A stretch of 64,000 nucleotides of DNA, taken from NCBI GenBank assembly GCA_002633005.1, contig NMRA01000315.1, forward strand, positions 280,961-344,960, given 5' to 3'. The position numbers and the translations under genes were made by a program. Shown piece after piece: positions 37,590 to 49,608 of the stretch; positions within the stretch are counted from its first letter, which is position 1, and every line of letters starts with the position of its first letter. The stretch is from Phoronis australis. Lineage: Eukaryota > Animalia > Phoronida. Below the pieces are notes generated by a model that had not been told where the DNA came from, did no database searches, and saw only the letters and a program-made list of their open reading frames with translations.

Positions 37590-40500
37590 ACAGTTAAAGA
37601 ATAACACACCACACGAACGATTTGGAAATACAGTGGATGGTCAAGTGAACACCGATAAATTACGTCAGGATATCACCTCCATTGATTGGGATTCCATATT
37701 GGACACTGGCGACATTGATGACACTGTTTTACTCTTCACCAGTACTCTCTATGAAATTGTAGAAAACAACAACCCATCAAATGAAAAGATAATTAAACAC
37801 AACAGCCAACCGTGGTTCAACAATAATATTCAACGGGCAATCCGCACAAGAATCTCAGCTCTTTCAGAAGATCTAACAACACTGTAATCTACAACAGATA
37901 CAAGGAGCAGTCCCGCCTGGCAGAGACTTCAGTAAATCAAGCCAAAGCTGATCACTGCCACAAGCTTGTTTCACAAATTAACAATGTAAACAAGAACTCC
38001 TACGAATACTGGAACATTATCAATAAAATACGCGGCAGTCAACAACAATCCTCTTACCCAGTCATCAACCACAATGGTAACCTAGCCACAAGTAGCAGTG
38101 TTAAGTGTGACCTGTTTCTCAAAATTTTCACGAACAATAGCCACATTGCACCAACTGTAGTAGGTAACTTTCCCTTTCTTCGTGAACGTTGTCTCAATCA
38201 ACTGTATGATATCCCGGCTAATCAAACTGATGTCCGGATGTATCTCAATGAAATTGATCCCAATACGAATGATGGTACAGATTTTACCACCAGCAGGATG
38301 ATCAAAATGGTTTCCAACGAAATTGCCATGCCCTTAACCAATCTATTGAACAAACTTCTTCAGCTAGGTATATATCCGTCCTCTTGGAAACATGGAATTA
38401 TGGTCCCTATACACAAAAAGACTCCAAAACTGAAATTCAAATTATCGCCCAACAACTTTAGTTAACGCCCTATCCAAAATCTTCGAGAAGATTATTGCTC
38501 AAAGTGTTCTTATATTTCTCAAACAAAACAACTTGATCTATCATCGTCAATTTGTTTTTTTTGCGTGGGAAAAGCACCGTGGCACAACTTGTTGAAATAG
38601 TACATGAGATCCATTTATATTTTGAGAAGGGCTAGAGTGTCAGGTATATTTTTTTCTACATATAGCCTCTGCTTTCGACTGTGTCCCTCCCGACCTTCTA
38701 CTCAACTAACTTCCATCCTATGGCATTACTGGAAATCTTTTAAACATGATCACCTCATATCTCTCCGATAGTCAATACAGTGTTCGTGTCGACGGCGTAC
38801 TTTCAAATTTATTCCCTCCTCGATTTGTAAACCTCAGGTGTACCGCAGGGTAGCGTGTTGGGCCCTCTTCTCTTCTTGGTTTATATTAATGACCTTCCTG
38901 ATAACCTGTCATGTAGCACATACCTTTATGCAGATGACACGGCGCTTTTTTACCCCTTCGCAAGGAGAAGCCCTGAAAGTTCTTTGCGGCTTCAACATGA
39001 CTTGACTCAACTATTGGAGACAAGAATGGAGAATGAATTTTAAACCAACGAATAACCTTGACCTCACCTTCTCCAAGTCTATTAATACTCTCTTCCTTGT
39101 TTACCCGTCTTATGATCTTAAACTTAATGAAATCATTCCTAGAAAACAGTCGCACAAACATCTAGGTATACTGTTAGATGAAAAACTCTCAGTCACACCT
39201 CACGTTCGGGAGCTCGTACAAAAACCTCAGAAACTAATTAACCCACTTAAGCTTGTCTCTCGTTGTTATATTATCATTGATATATTTTAGTTTTCGTATT
39301 TTTGATTTTATTAGCCAATGACAGTCGCCATTTTGTATTGGCGTCAATCCCGCAGCAAATAAATACTGTACTTCCGGTTTCATGTTAAGTACGTGATTTT
39401 ATCATCATTCATTTGGTAGCCTTAAAACACTCGTCATCTAAATTCTACACATTTACAAGTTCTGTTCAAATCCATTATACTTCCACATGTCAATTATTGT
39501 GATATTATATGTCAGTCTGCCAATACTGGTGCACTCTAGCACTTGGAGAAATTACACTATCAAGCTGCCTTACTCATAAACGGAGCTTACAGGGGATCCA
39601 ATAGTGTTAAGGTTTTGAATAGTCTCAAGTTGCTCAAACTGTCTACTCGACACGATCTTCACATGACCACATTTAATATCAAAGTAATCAACAACGCCTC
39701 TGTCAAAAATATTATTTGATCTACATGTATACACTAGACAAGGCCATCGTAGTGGTTTGAGATCCTCCACCCTATATGCAATTCCTCCGTCGTTCAGTCA
39801 GACATTCAGAAGGTCTACAGTTATGATGTGCATCGACAATGGGAATTCTCTTCCAGGAATGCAACACTCTTATGGGCATCAAAATAATCTTAGAACTGTT
39901 TTTCATAAGTTTGATAACTCAACAGCCCTGACTCAATTCTCCCTTCCCTGCGAAAACGAAATAGCATTGTACAGATCAAAAAGCGGTCTTTTCCTCAACT
40001 CCAACAAGTTTAGGCACAACTTTAGTAATGTCTCTCCAAACTGTAAATGTGGTGACCATCAATCTTATCCTCATGTTTTCTTCAAATGTCCCCTGATCGA
40101 ATACCTGAGAGAATTACTATTTTGTGCGCTCAATGAAAACCAGTTAAGTGTAATTGCTCTCAATTCTTGTAATATTATACCTACTAAAGTTACATTGTCA
40201 TTGAATGATAGTCCTAACTATGACCTTGTTCTCAATGAATTCCTCTTAAGCAACGTTTGCAAAGTTTAATGTATCGCTTATAATTATTGTTGTTTCTGAT
40301 TTCCATACATATATCTGTGCATATTTTTGTCGTTATATGTTCGTAATAGCAAGGAGTGTAGTAGTATAGGAGAGTTCACTTGTGAGTTCGCTGTTACCGC
40401 TACTACTAGCGCCGCCAAGTGGTGAACAAGCAACTGTCAACCAGGAAGCTCCAAAACAATGGGGAAAGACACATTTTGCAGTGTGATAAATTTCATGAAT

Positions 40501-43230
40501 TCATCCACGAAAAAACCCGATGTGTCATGTTTAGGTTTCCTAAGGATCCAGAAAGGTAAGGATTATCTGTTATTCAATAAAATGATACATTGGCTTTCAT
40601 TTTGTGTGCTCTGTTCACGCTTGTTAGACAAGTCGATCGCAGTCCCGTTGCCACTGTTCTGTTGTCTGCAGTGTAGGCTAGGCCTACTGTACAACCGGGC
40701 TGCCGGCGGAAGGACTATGATGAACGTACGATGTGATCGTCAGCTTTTTGGATACTTGCAGTCCATCAATTCCAAATCAAAATGTCACCCGTACGATCGC
40801 AGGGACAATTTTATGAAAACATACCCATGCCCATGATGGCCATGAGTAATATGACTGATGACACAGCCATGGCACAATCACAGCCACGGGGCCACTAAGT
40901 CTGTCATGAGTCAAGTTAGCGAATCTGTGGGTCTCTGTGAAAAAGTAAAAATTCCGAACATAATTTTAATGTGCCAGTTGAACCAATTAAGTTAAGCAGT
41001 GCGTCATTGAAAACTTGATTCTTAGTGTCAATGATGCGGGGGGCGCGGCCCTGTTAAAATATCCTTGGATCAACATTTGAGTCTGAGTTTTTTTTCAGTT
41101 GACACCAAAACGCTTTTGTCTCTATCACAATCACAGTACAACAGAAATTCTGTAGTGTAGTGTACTTTAGTGTAGGCTAACAGTTTTCTGTGAACCTAGT
41201 GAGTATGAGGCTTGTTCCTGAGTCTCTAAGTCATTGATTTCTGTTCAGGTGCAAGCGCTGGGAGCTGACCTTATGAATAGAGATGCAACCTATTTTGTCC
41301 AAGAACCGCAAGTTATGCTATCATCACTTCGAGGAGTCCATGGTCTTGAATGAAGAACAAGCTGGTATTGACTGCAGTGCCCGAACAATGTTTGATGTCC
41401 CAAATCCACCAAAAATGAAGATGTCAGGGTCAAAAAGTTCTCCGGAAATTATAGTACAGCTCTGGAATAGGCTTTTTTGCATTTCTGATTATCGTCTCAC
41501 AAAGCAAGTACTGGAAAATCACGTGTAGAAAGGACAATTAGTCCGCAAAATCTGGTTTTCGTATTTTACTAAGGTTGATCAGATTGAAATATTTTATGAA
41601 TGGTTAGCCTGTGATTAGGAGAGAGCCAAAGTGAAACTGATGGATCATTCAGAGTCTGAGTGGTGGGCTGAAAATTGTTAAACCCAAGCTATCCGTCTCA
41701 TTTTGCTTCTCGATGACAAACACCTCTGTGAGTAAATTAGTTTTCAGCTTTATTTATAAGGCATTTCTTTGGCGAAAAGTGCTGTTGTTTGCTAGTGAAT
41801 TAATAGAGAGTGACAAGGTTGGTCAGATTTTCTTCTTGTATTGGTTGTGTATGTGTTGCCTGTTTAGTACGTTTTTGAGATTGTGATTAATTTAAGCCCC
41901 AGTTGTGGCTAGGTATCAGATATGATCTTGTGGTCTGGCTTTAACTTACCTGAAATATTTACTAATAGGAACAGTGGGTATATCAAATAAAATTTTGGTT
42001 TTATCATCAAAGTCTTTTTAATTCAATTTTGTATGAAGTTATGTGGGTAGTGAATATTTTGATTGCTGTTTAGTACCTCTTAATTTTTTGTCACGATATT
42101 TTGAACTTTGACTAGTTATGAGTGATGATTTACTCAATGTTACTTCATTTTGTAAGTTGTGAGCTATTCTACAGATTAGCAAGTGACTTGTAACTGTTGG
42201 TGAGTGGGAGAGTGGGATTGAGCCCTATACTGGCATGTCTAAGAAATAATGGATTGTTCTAAAATTGTATTACGATTTTGTGGTAGTGATGAATTGCCTT
42301 GCTTTCTTCTTCTCACTTGTGTAACACCCACTGCACAAAACAATTGTCTGCACTGCCAGTAGCCTCATGCATTGAATAGGGAACACATGCGAACTTGTTG
42401 GGTGGAGATGAAACCAGCAGTGAGCTGGGAGCAACAATTGTCGATGATCAGGGGAGCAACCAAAATGTGTGACGATGGGAGGGGCTCAACACCCATGTGG
42501 CATACATACCCATTGGTTTTTACCTGTTTAGCACTCCTCCCATGTAACCCACCTGGGAGGGGGTCAACACCCATTTGGCACCCACCTGCCGGTTTTTGCC
42601 TGGTACCCCGGCCTTAGCTGGCACCTGGGGGGAATTCCCCTCTGAACCCCCAGGAGCAATCATTCAACTTATGTAGTCCATGGAGGTATAAACTGTTATA
42701 ACGAACGATAATTGCCGTGTTAAGAACTCAAACATGAAACAAAACCATGATGAATTTTGAAGGGAGGTTCAAGAGAATACACTTTAATCTTGATTAAAAT
42801 ACACATTTTCTTTCTCATTGTATTGTAAGTGGATGTTAGCTTATTTATTCTAACCATTTTCAATCACACAGCACTTTTATTGCACGTTGAATGTCATTAA
42901 AGTACTGAATTTATGAGCGTTTACATTGTTCGAACTCAGTGCGCGCCAAACTAAGTGTTGATTATTCACCCCTTGGAGCGCTAGTGTTTCTACCAGTAAC
43001 CATTGTGGCGAATGATAAAATGGCAGAGTGAACTCTCCTATACTCGTACACTCCTTGGTAATAGCATCTAAATATTGGAATACTTATATTAGATAATACT
43101 TACATGTATATACCTCTACGTATATTACTCTCATCTAAGAATTGTCTACAACCCAGATATAATGCTTTGCGATTTCTGGGTTTGTCATTACTTCTTTGTA
43201 TGTTCTGTGTATTCTTCAATAAATATGTCA
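37590..43230 (+). mobile_element. CR1-type LINE (RT plus C-terminal Cys/His motif), decayed; 3' UTR split by a P element
   Basis: QPWFN; PLTNLLN...YPSSWK...PIHKK..NYRP; [22 protein letters not shown]...YADDT at 38835-38940; HKHLG; C.CG....HVFFKCP near 40040-40090; 3' stem-loop ACCCAGA...TCTGGGT and AATAAA at 43150-43225. Confidence 0.9.
40350..43057 (+). mobile_element. Non-autonomous P-superfamily transposon with a spliced THAP relic
   Basis: About 31-bp TIRs CAAGGAGTGTA..AGTATAGGAGAGTTCACT; perfect 7-bp TSD GTAATAG (40343-40349, 43058-43064); THAP exon 1 MGKDTFCSV...FRFPKDPER|gtaag and exon 2 CKRW...RKLCYHHFEESM...AVP.MFDVPNPP. Confidence 0.88.
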
Positions 43231-43881
43231 CTTGAAAAAAATGCCATACTCGCCACATATACTGACCCCTTTATCAAGGTAACCCATTGAGTGTGTTCTC
43301 GAGCAAGTATTTCTTTCCAAGTCCCAAAACGGTTTCAAAATCAGAGTGAGGAACCAGTTTAGACCAGTTCTTTGCAATAATAAAGTGATATATATTTATT
43401 GAAGAATACACAAGACATACAAAGAAATGATGACAAACCCAGAAATTGCAGTATTGGTAACTGATTTTATAGAAGGGTGGATTGTAGAAGTTAAACAAAT
43501 TTTATTCTGGTTGTGATTAAAATCTACATGTATATGACAAAGTTGATTATTATTTCCATACCAGTGTTACAATTCTATCCCTCAGTGATAATAAGCCGAC
43601 AGATTGGTAAAGAAATACTCCTAGTAACCTATGCAATTATCGTGTAAGTGTAATTTACGTACAGCTTAATGTTTGTCAATACAAAACAAACAGTGTATGA
43701 ACATATGCATTAGCTCACACTCGATAGTTTTAAGACTCTCTATTGTGTTTGCCCCAGTTCTGATCGAAACTAACCAGACCCAGTCGGTGTACTTACCTCG
43801 CATTTCGCGTCCAGCAACAACATATGAAATGGAGCAATGCACTTGTTTGCTTTAATTTTGTTGACCTGCAGCCACATAATG

Positions 43882-44170
43882 CACTGACGGATTTGGTGGG
43901 GGGAGGCTGCCCCCCCCCCCCCCCNGTGAAGCGTTAGGAAATATTGAGTTCAGTAACTGGGACCGGTAGCGGACGAGGGAGGGGGGTTCAGACCCCAGAT
44001 CGCAGCGGAATCGTGTTCCGTTTTCTATTTTTTAGTCCACCGATATATTTTCTGAACAGAAGGTCTGCATCCCCGGCCCCTTTCTGGCCGCCTGTGCACA
44101 TACAATGCTTTGCCCAATTCCCCGAGGCAATATGTTGGTCCCCCCTAATGATATCCTAGATCCGCCATTG
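43882..44170. mobile_element. hAT5-like MITE with 5-bp TSD TAATG
   Basis: CACTGACGGATTTGG ... CTAGATCCGCCATTG with TAATG on both flanks. Confidence 0.8.
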
Positions 44171-44215
44171 TAATGATGAAAATACATGTACATGTAGGAT
44201 ACGTGGAAGGTCTAC

Positions 44216-44396
44216 GGCCGGTTGCATGAAACTAAGTTCCCTAAATCTACTGTCCATTTGTGGACTTGTGAAAACACTGATTGTCCTTTCTGATATTATT
44301 CGACTCTCATTACTTTAGTCAACTTGATACAAATCAAGAGTTAACTCTTTTCAATATTATTGAAAGTAAATTGGGATTTTTTCATGCAAAGCCCCC
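44216..44396. mobile_element. Possible PIF/Harbinger-like MITE
   Basis: GGCCGGTTGCATGAAA ... TTTCATGCAAAGCCCC inverted ends. Confidence 0.4.
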
Positions 44397-47358
44397 CATT
44401 TAGGACCAATTTTCTAATTTTTTGACTGAACTAAGAGCTCAGATTTGTTTTGTTGTCAAAAACGTCATAAAGAGATCTCATATAATGAGTAAGGAACAAG
44501 CTAGCTGCGAGAGGAAAAAGCCAAAGCTTCACTACATATATATTTTGAGTGAAAGTGTGTTCATAACCGCTCAACAATGTATGAGTTAATGTTACATTGT
44601 TTCTTACAGACATCAACCGTTGGTAAGTAGCTACTTTACTCTTACGACTTTTGAGTTATCACTAAACTATTCTACATTTTGTATCTTTTAGCCTTATTTA
44701 TGCTTGACAATGTCTTATCTTATTCTGAATTTTTATTATTTTTAAAAGTGGGCAATCGAGGTTTCCGCGGAATCCTCGTTTCATGTGGTGGCAGTTGCAC
44801 TAGTACCTATTATACACGAGTCAGCTGTCACTCATTACGACGCTCATTTTAGGAGTGTTAAACGACCGCAATAAAAATTAAACAAAAATCATTTTAAATT
44901 CTCTTAGCTTTGAAAGAACTTAGAGTAAAGTAGAATAAGCATTGTTTGGGCTTGATTGGTTCCAACTGAAGTATACGTAACTTGTGTTTAAAACTTAATT
45001 TAAGAGTATCTGTAACATGTGGCTTTTACTTGCATGTGGCATTTTCATAGTTCAGTTAATACTTCCATTCCCGCGCATTTCTAGGATTTCTTGACAAATG
45101 TGTACTTGGCCTGCGGATGAGCGCAAATGTTTTACCCATAGAATACATTGTAGATCTGTCTTTTTTACCTACTATTCTTTTTCGGTGTTTCTTTCATTCA
45201 ATTATGTAACCTGGCTATGATTTGAAGAGGTTGTCGGAAATACACAGCCCAAAATAAAGTAGGCACTTATGACTGAAGGATTACAATTGAATATAGTGCG
45301 AAATGTTGTTATACCGTTCGTCAGAAAGTAATTGTTTGACAGAGTGAAGAACGCTGTAGACCTTCATGACAATGTGGGGAAAGTTGATATCGTGCTGGGA
45401 AATGTACAAAAAGACTTGTGCCATATCTCTGTCAATCGTTTCCTTTTATGAAAGACACGAGCACACTATTTGTTGTTAGGAATTATGGACTATAAATCTG
45501 TATGAACTCGCCCTTTAAATGCTAACAACTGTGTTGTTTATTGGCTTACGAATAAGATAACTGGTTTGAAATTATAAAGAGGTGATCGGAAAAAGAGTTA
45601 AGTCTACAAATCAAAATAAATGCATTGCTTTTCTTGTGAAGAAGACTTACGTTTTCTTTCAAGTTTTTTAGTTTCCGGTAGCATAGAAATGTACACAGTC
45701 GTTTGTTTGCCATTCCCGTACCTACCAGCTATAGTTCACGTGACGGCTCAGGCACCAATTTCCACAGCAAGGCACCAAACACTACGTCCAAACGCAGAAA
45801 CACAATTTGGAATCTCCGTGTGTGAGTATATTTTGGGCACCTTGCAATACTCACACATCAGCACAACTCCGGCAGTTCAATATTAGACTATTGTATTGCT
45901 GTGAAAATAGGTGCGTGAGCCGCCGTGTGCACGGAAATGACAAGCAAATGACTTTATGTTGAAGACGCAAAATTGTCACGCAATGCTACCACTGACGTCA
46001 CAGATTACGTTCATCCTTGATGTACGGTTATCAATTGGAAAGAGACGTTTTTTATAGCACTTTTGATAACGAAAATGTTAGTAATTCAATAAACAATGGA
46101 ATATCAAAAACGTATGAAATAATTGAGAAAAACATTTATCCAGTTATCAACAAATCCGAAAAAAAGTTACGAAAAAATAAACTCACGCGAAACAAACAAA
46201 AAAGAACCAGTCTGGGCAACTCAAATTCAAAAAGGGGGGTCAATTTCATTGCTGCTCTGAATTTGTCACTACAATCTTTCGAAAGCTACATGTTTCAATG
46301 TGTATTTCACCTCAGTGTCTAAATTCACTACTTTTATGATCAGGGCAGAAGAAAATGGTTAATCAGATGTCATTGGTTAAGTTGAAGAAGTTGAGGATGT
46401 GTCGTTTCTGATGCACATCTTGCAATCAATATATTGTATTCTACAGGTTATCGAACGTGTCAGTACCTAACTTATTTTCGGCTACATGTAGCTTGTTGCC
46501 AGCGGATCCCATTGAATCAAAATAACCGATATGGGCTTATGACTTACGTGTACGCTGGCTGTTGCGCAAAACAACGCGAGGTTCTGGTAGATTCCTATTC
46601 GACAAATAATTTAACGATACTTTTTCAGCTTTATTTTAGTAAAAATAAAAAAATCAATAAAACAGATTTTACATTCGGCAACTATTACGCACTGTTTACC
46701 CCCGAGTATTCAACGAATTCCACGGTACACGGCAAAAGGCTTGATGGTGTCGACACAGACAGAAGTGGGTTATTCGCTATTCATGGGCTTGGCCGAATGA
46801 TTATTGGAAGAAAGAATTGCGGTCGTTACCATCGAGCCAGCTTAGCGTACCAGTTTTAAAGTAAAAAAAAAACAAATAAACGAATCTTAAGTCAGGCAAG
46901 CAACCACCACGTCTTTTTAGAATTGAAAAGTAGATTTTAGTCGTCTTCGAATTTTAAAGTCGAATTTTAAAATCAATGCATTGTAAGAAAAATCAGCGCA
47001 TAGGTTTTTTCAGCAGCGCCGCTAAAGCCATGTGCATTAATGTGTTAATCGATTAGGACGGGATGGTCACAATCTGGCTTTAAGCTCGATTACACGTTGG
47101 AGTAATAAAATCTCAAATACATGTAATAGCGTAGGGGTTTCCTCATTAACGCATGTCAGCTCAGTCGAACCTTAAGCTCAATTAATGCTCATTCATCGCT
47201 ACCACAACTGTTTCCAAAGTTAACCTGAATTTACTCTGATTTTACAGTTAATTTTACTTTTTGGTAGTGCATCGCCTCAGAAAGTGACTGCCGCAGCGAC
47301 GGCTGACTCATGCGTAGTAGGCACAGAAGTCACTCAACTGCAGTGAGGATACACTGTA

Positions 47359-47444
47359 CCTCGGAAACCCCACCCCTTAAAACTTTTAAAAACTAAGTGA
47401 GGTTTCCTCGGAAAGCCCACCTTTAAAAACTTTTAAAAACTAAC
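47359..47444. repeat. Two-copy tandem repeat of about 46 bp
   Basis: CCTCGGAAA.CCCACC.TTAAAACTTTTAAAAACTAA occurs twice. Confidence 0.8.
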
Positions 47445-48716
47445 AGTAAAATCAGGCAAGCAGAAACAGAGGTGAAAGTTACGAAATGTTTATCTTTTAT
47501 ACAAATATGTACATGTAATGCTTAAAACTGCTACTGTCAAGATGTATATCGCAAATCTTGTTAAGTCTGGTCAGCACACCACCTGTGGCCACGGTGAGAA
47601 GAAGGTTTGGGTTTCGAATCACGGTTGAGGCAGAAATCTTTCAGACCTATATTATCAGGTGACGTGCTGTGGCCACAGGTGGCGTCCTAAGCAGAATCAG
47701 ACTTTAAAATGTTTGCGATTTATATTTTAGTGATATCGTTTGAGTGAGGAAACTTATCATTGGTTTTGAATTGGTGAATGCAAAAGAAAGGTCATCTTTG
47801 AGGTTATGTAGTATCTTACTGCAAATCTGCACATTTAGCCAAATATCTACAAAACTATAGGAAAACACTCTGTAGAAGTATGCATTCTCTGAAAACATGC
47901 TATCCTTTAATTCCTACCATCTCTCATGAATTAGGTCACGTGACCATGCACATTCATTACAGTTTAGCAAAAGAAAAGCATACTCATAACTAAACGACTT
48001 AAAAACGTGGCCAAATATCATTCGATATCAATGCATTAGATGAAGTATCAAAACGCAGTTTTAGTTTCTAAATTATTCTTTAGTTTTCGTATTGTAACTT
48101 TTGGTTTTTCCGGAAATCTATAAAAGTCTTATATTTAATAGCCCCTCATGCAAAAGTGAAACATGTTAAAACGACCCATAACTGCGTTTTGGAGAAAATT
48201 ATGAAAGCATGATATCTAAAAGTTTCATGTGAATCCGATAAGCGATTACTGAGTAAGCAAATTTTGGATTTTTTCTGGGATCTTTCATAACCAGACTTTT
48301 GTCTCTTCACCACGTGTGGCCATTGTGTGACCTTAGAAACTTCATTCAATGCGTATTGAAGAATTCTCTCATTTTATGTTCTCGTCCAGTTTGTATTAGT
48401 GCATTTTTCATGCTGATTTTTTCTGTCCTTTTATTAATTCGTTGAATTTATTCGTTGTAAATGTATGACGAAACTTTCGCAATTGATTTCCGACTCACGG
48501 GAAGTACGTCAAGAAAGATTCCAGAAGGGTTCAAGATGCTAGTGACTACTCTAGAAGGAGAGGCTTCGCATTAATTCATTTATATGTAAAAAAACGCTAA
48601 TTGATGTAATAAGAGAAAGTGTCTTTGCTTCTCAGTCCAAGTGCACATACCGAGATATTTCCAATTTCCGCACCTCTAACACTAGCATGTAAGCCTGTAT
48701 ACGCGGCTTTCAGGAG

Positions 48717-48830
48717 GAGGCAGTGTTGCCTAGTGGGTTGAGTGTCCGCCTCTTGTTCTCGTGGTCATCGGTTCAGTTCCCACTGGATCGACTACTAGAC
48801 ACTTGAGTCAGGTCTCTAGGTCCTCTGTTT
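48717..48830 (+). mobile_element. tRNA-derived SINE head (degenerate)
   Basis: A-box-like TTGCCTAGTGG and B-box-like GGTTCAGTTCC at tRNA-like spacing; no valid cloverleaf. Confidence 0.5.
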
Positions 48831-49315
48831 GGTCTTAATTTGTATGTATTTGTGTATACCTGTTATTTGTGCAATAATGCTAAAAATAGTTTTAAGTATT
48901 TATTGCATTGGACCAAAATGAACGCCCTGCGCACGTCTGATGCAACGTGTATCAAACCACCTAAAACATTTTTGCCAGTATACTCGGCTCTATTTACGTC
49001 GTGAAATGCAGTGAATCACAGAAGCTACCAGTAAAAACTTTGCCACAGTCGGATTCCTTCAGACATTTGATTGATTCGTTTCAAATGCTATGAATATTGT
49101 TTGGAGTTAATACACACCCTTGCCTCAATCCTGTTGTGCATTTAGAAAAGCTTGTTTTGCGAGTATTATCCACTAGTACTCGCAATTCTAACCTTTCGTA
49201 CGTTGCTTAGATTACTTTTAATATGTTGCCATGGACACCAGCACTGATAAGTTTATGAAATAGGATTCTGAACTGTACACTATCAAAGGCTCTGCAATGT
49301 GAATTTTTATTGCAG

Positions 49316-49608
49316 CCGCAACAGTGACGACAGCGATTCCAACATACTGTGAAGCCACCTACCCAGGATCATCGTTAGACGTCAGTCTGGTTGTGGCAGA
49401 AGATTCTAGTTTTTATGGAAACAATGGTAGTGGACATTTCCGCATACTCGGTGATCTCCCGATTGGTGCCAGTGAAATAGCTTCATTTACGGCGCCTCGG
49501 GCAATCAGGTGCCTAGGACAGTGCCTCAGTAATTCCTGCTGCGAATATGCACTATATTCTCAGGGAGCAGAAACGTGTCACCTAATTCGAGATACTGGTT
49601 CCGGGTAA
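49316..49608 (+). CDS. Terminal exon: short Thr-rich linker plus PAN/Apple-like 4-Cys module; probably the last exon of the C-type lectin gene
   Basis: Acceptor tttttattgcag|; GHFRI...CLGQCLSNSCCEYALYSQGAETCHL...stop; AATAAA at 49665-49670; 19/51 identity with the mucin C-terminus. Confidence 0.8.

Noticed and set aside
46434-46859. 141-aa ORF as the missing lectin exon
   Set aside because: Read in the required phase 0, the acceptor at 46446 meets a stop within 8 codons, and no domain is recognisable.
48717-48790. tRNA gene
   Set aside because: A and B boxes are present but the acceptor and anticodon stems do not pair; better explained as a SINE head.
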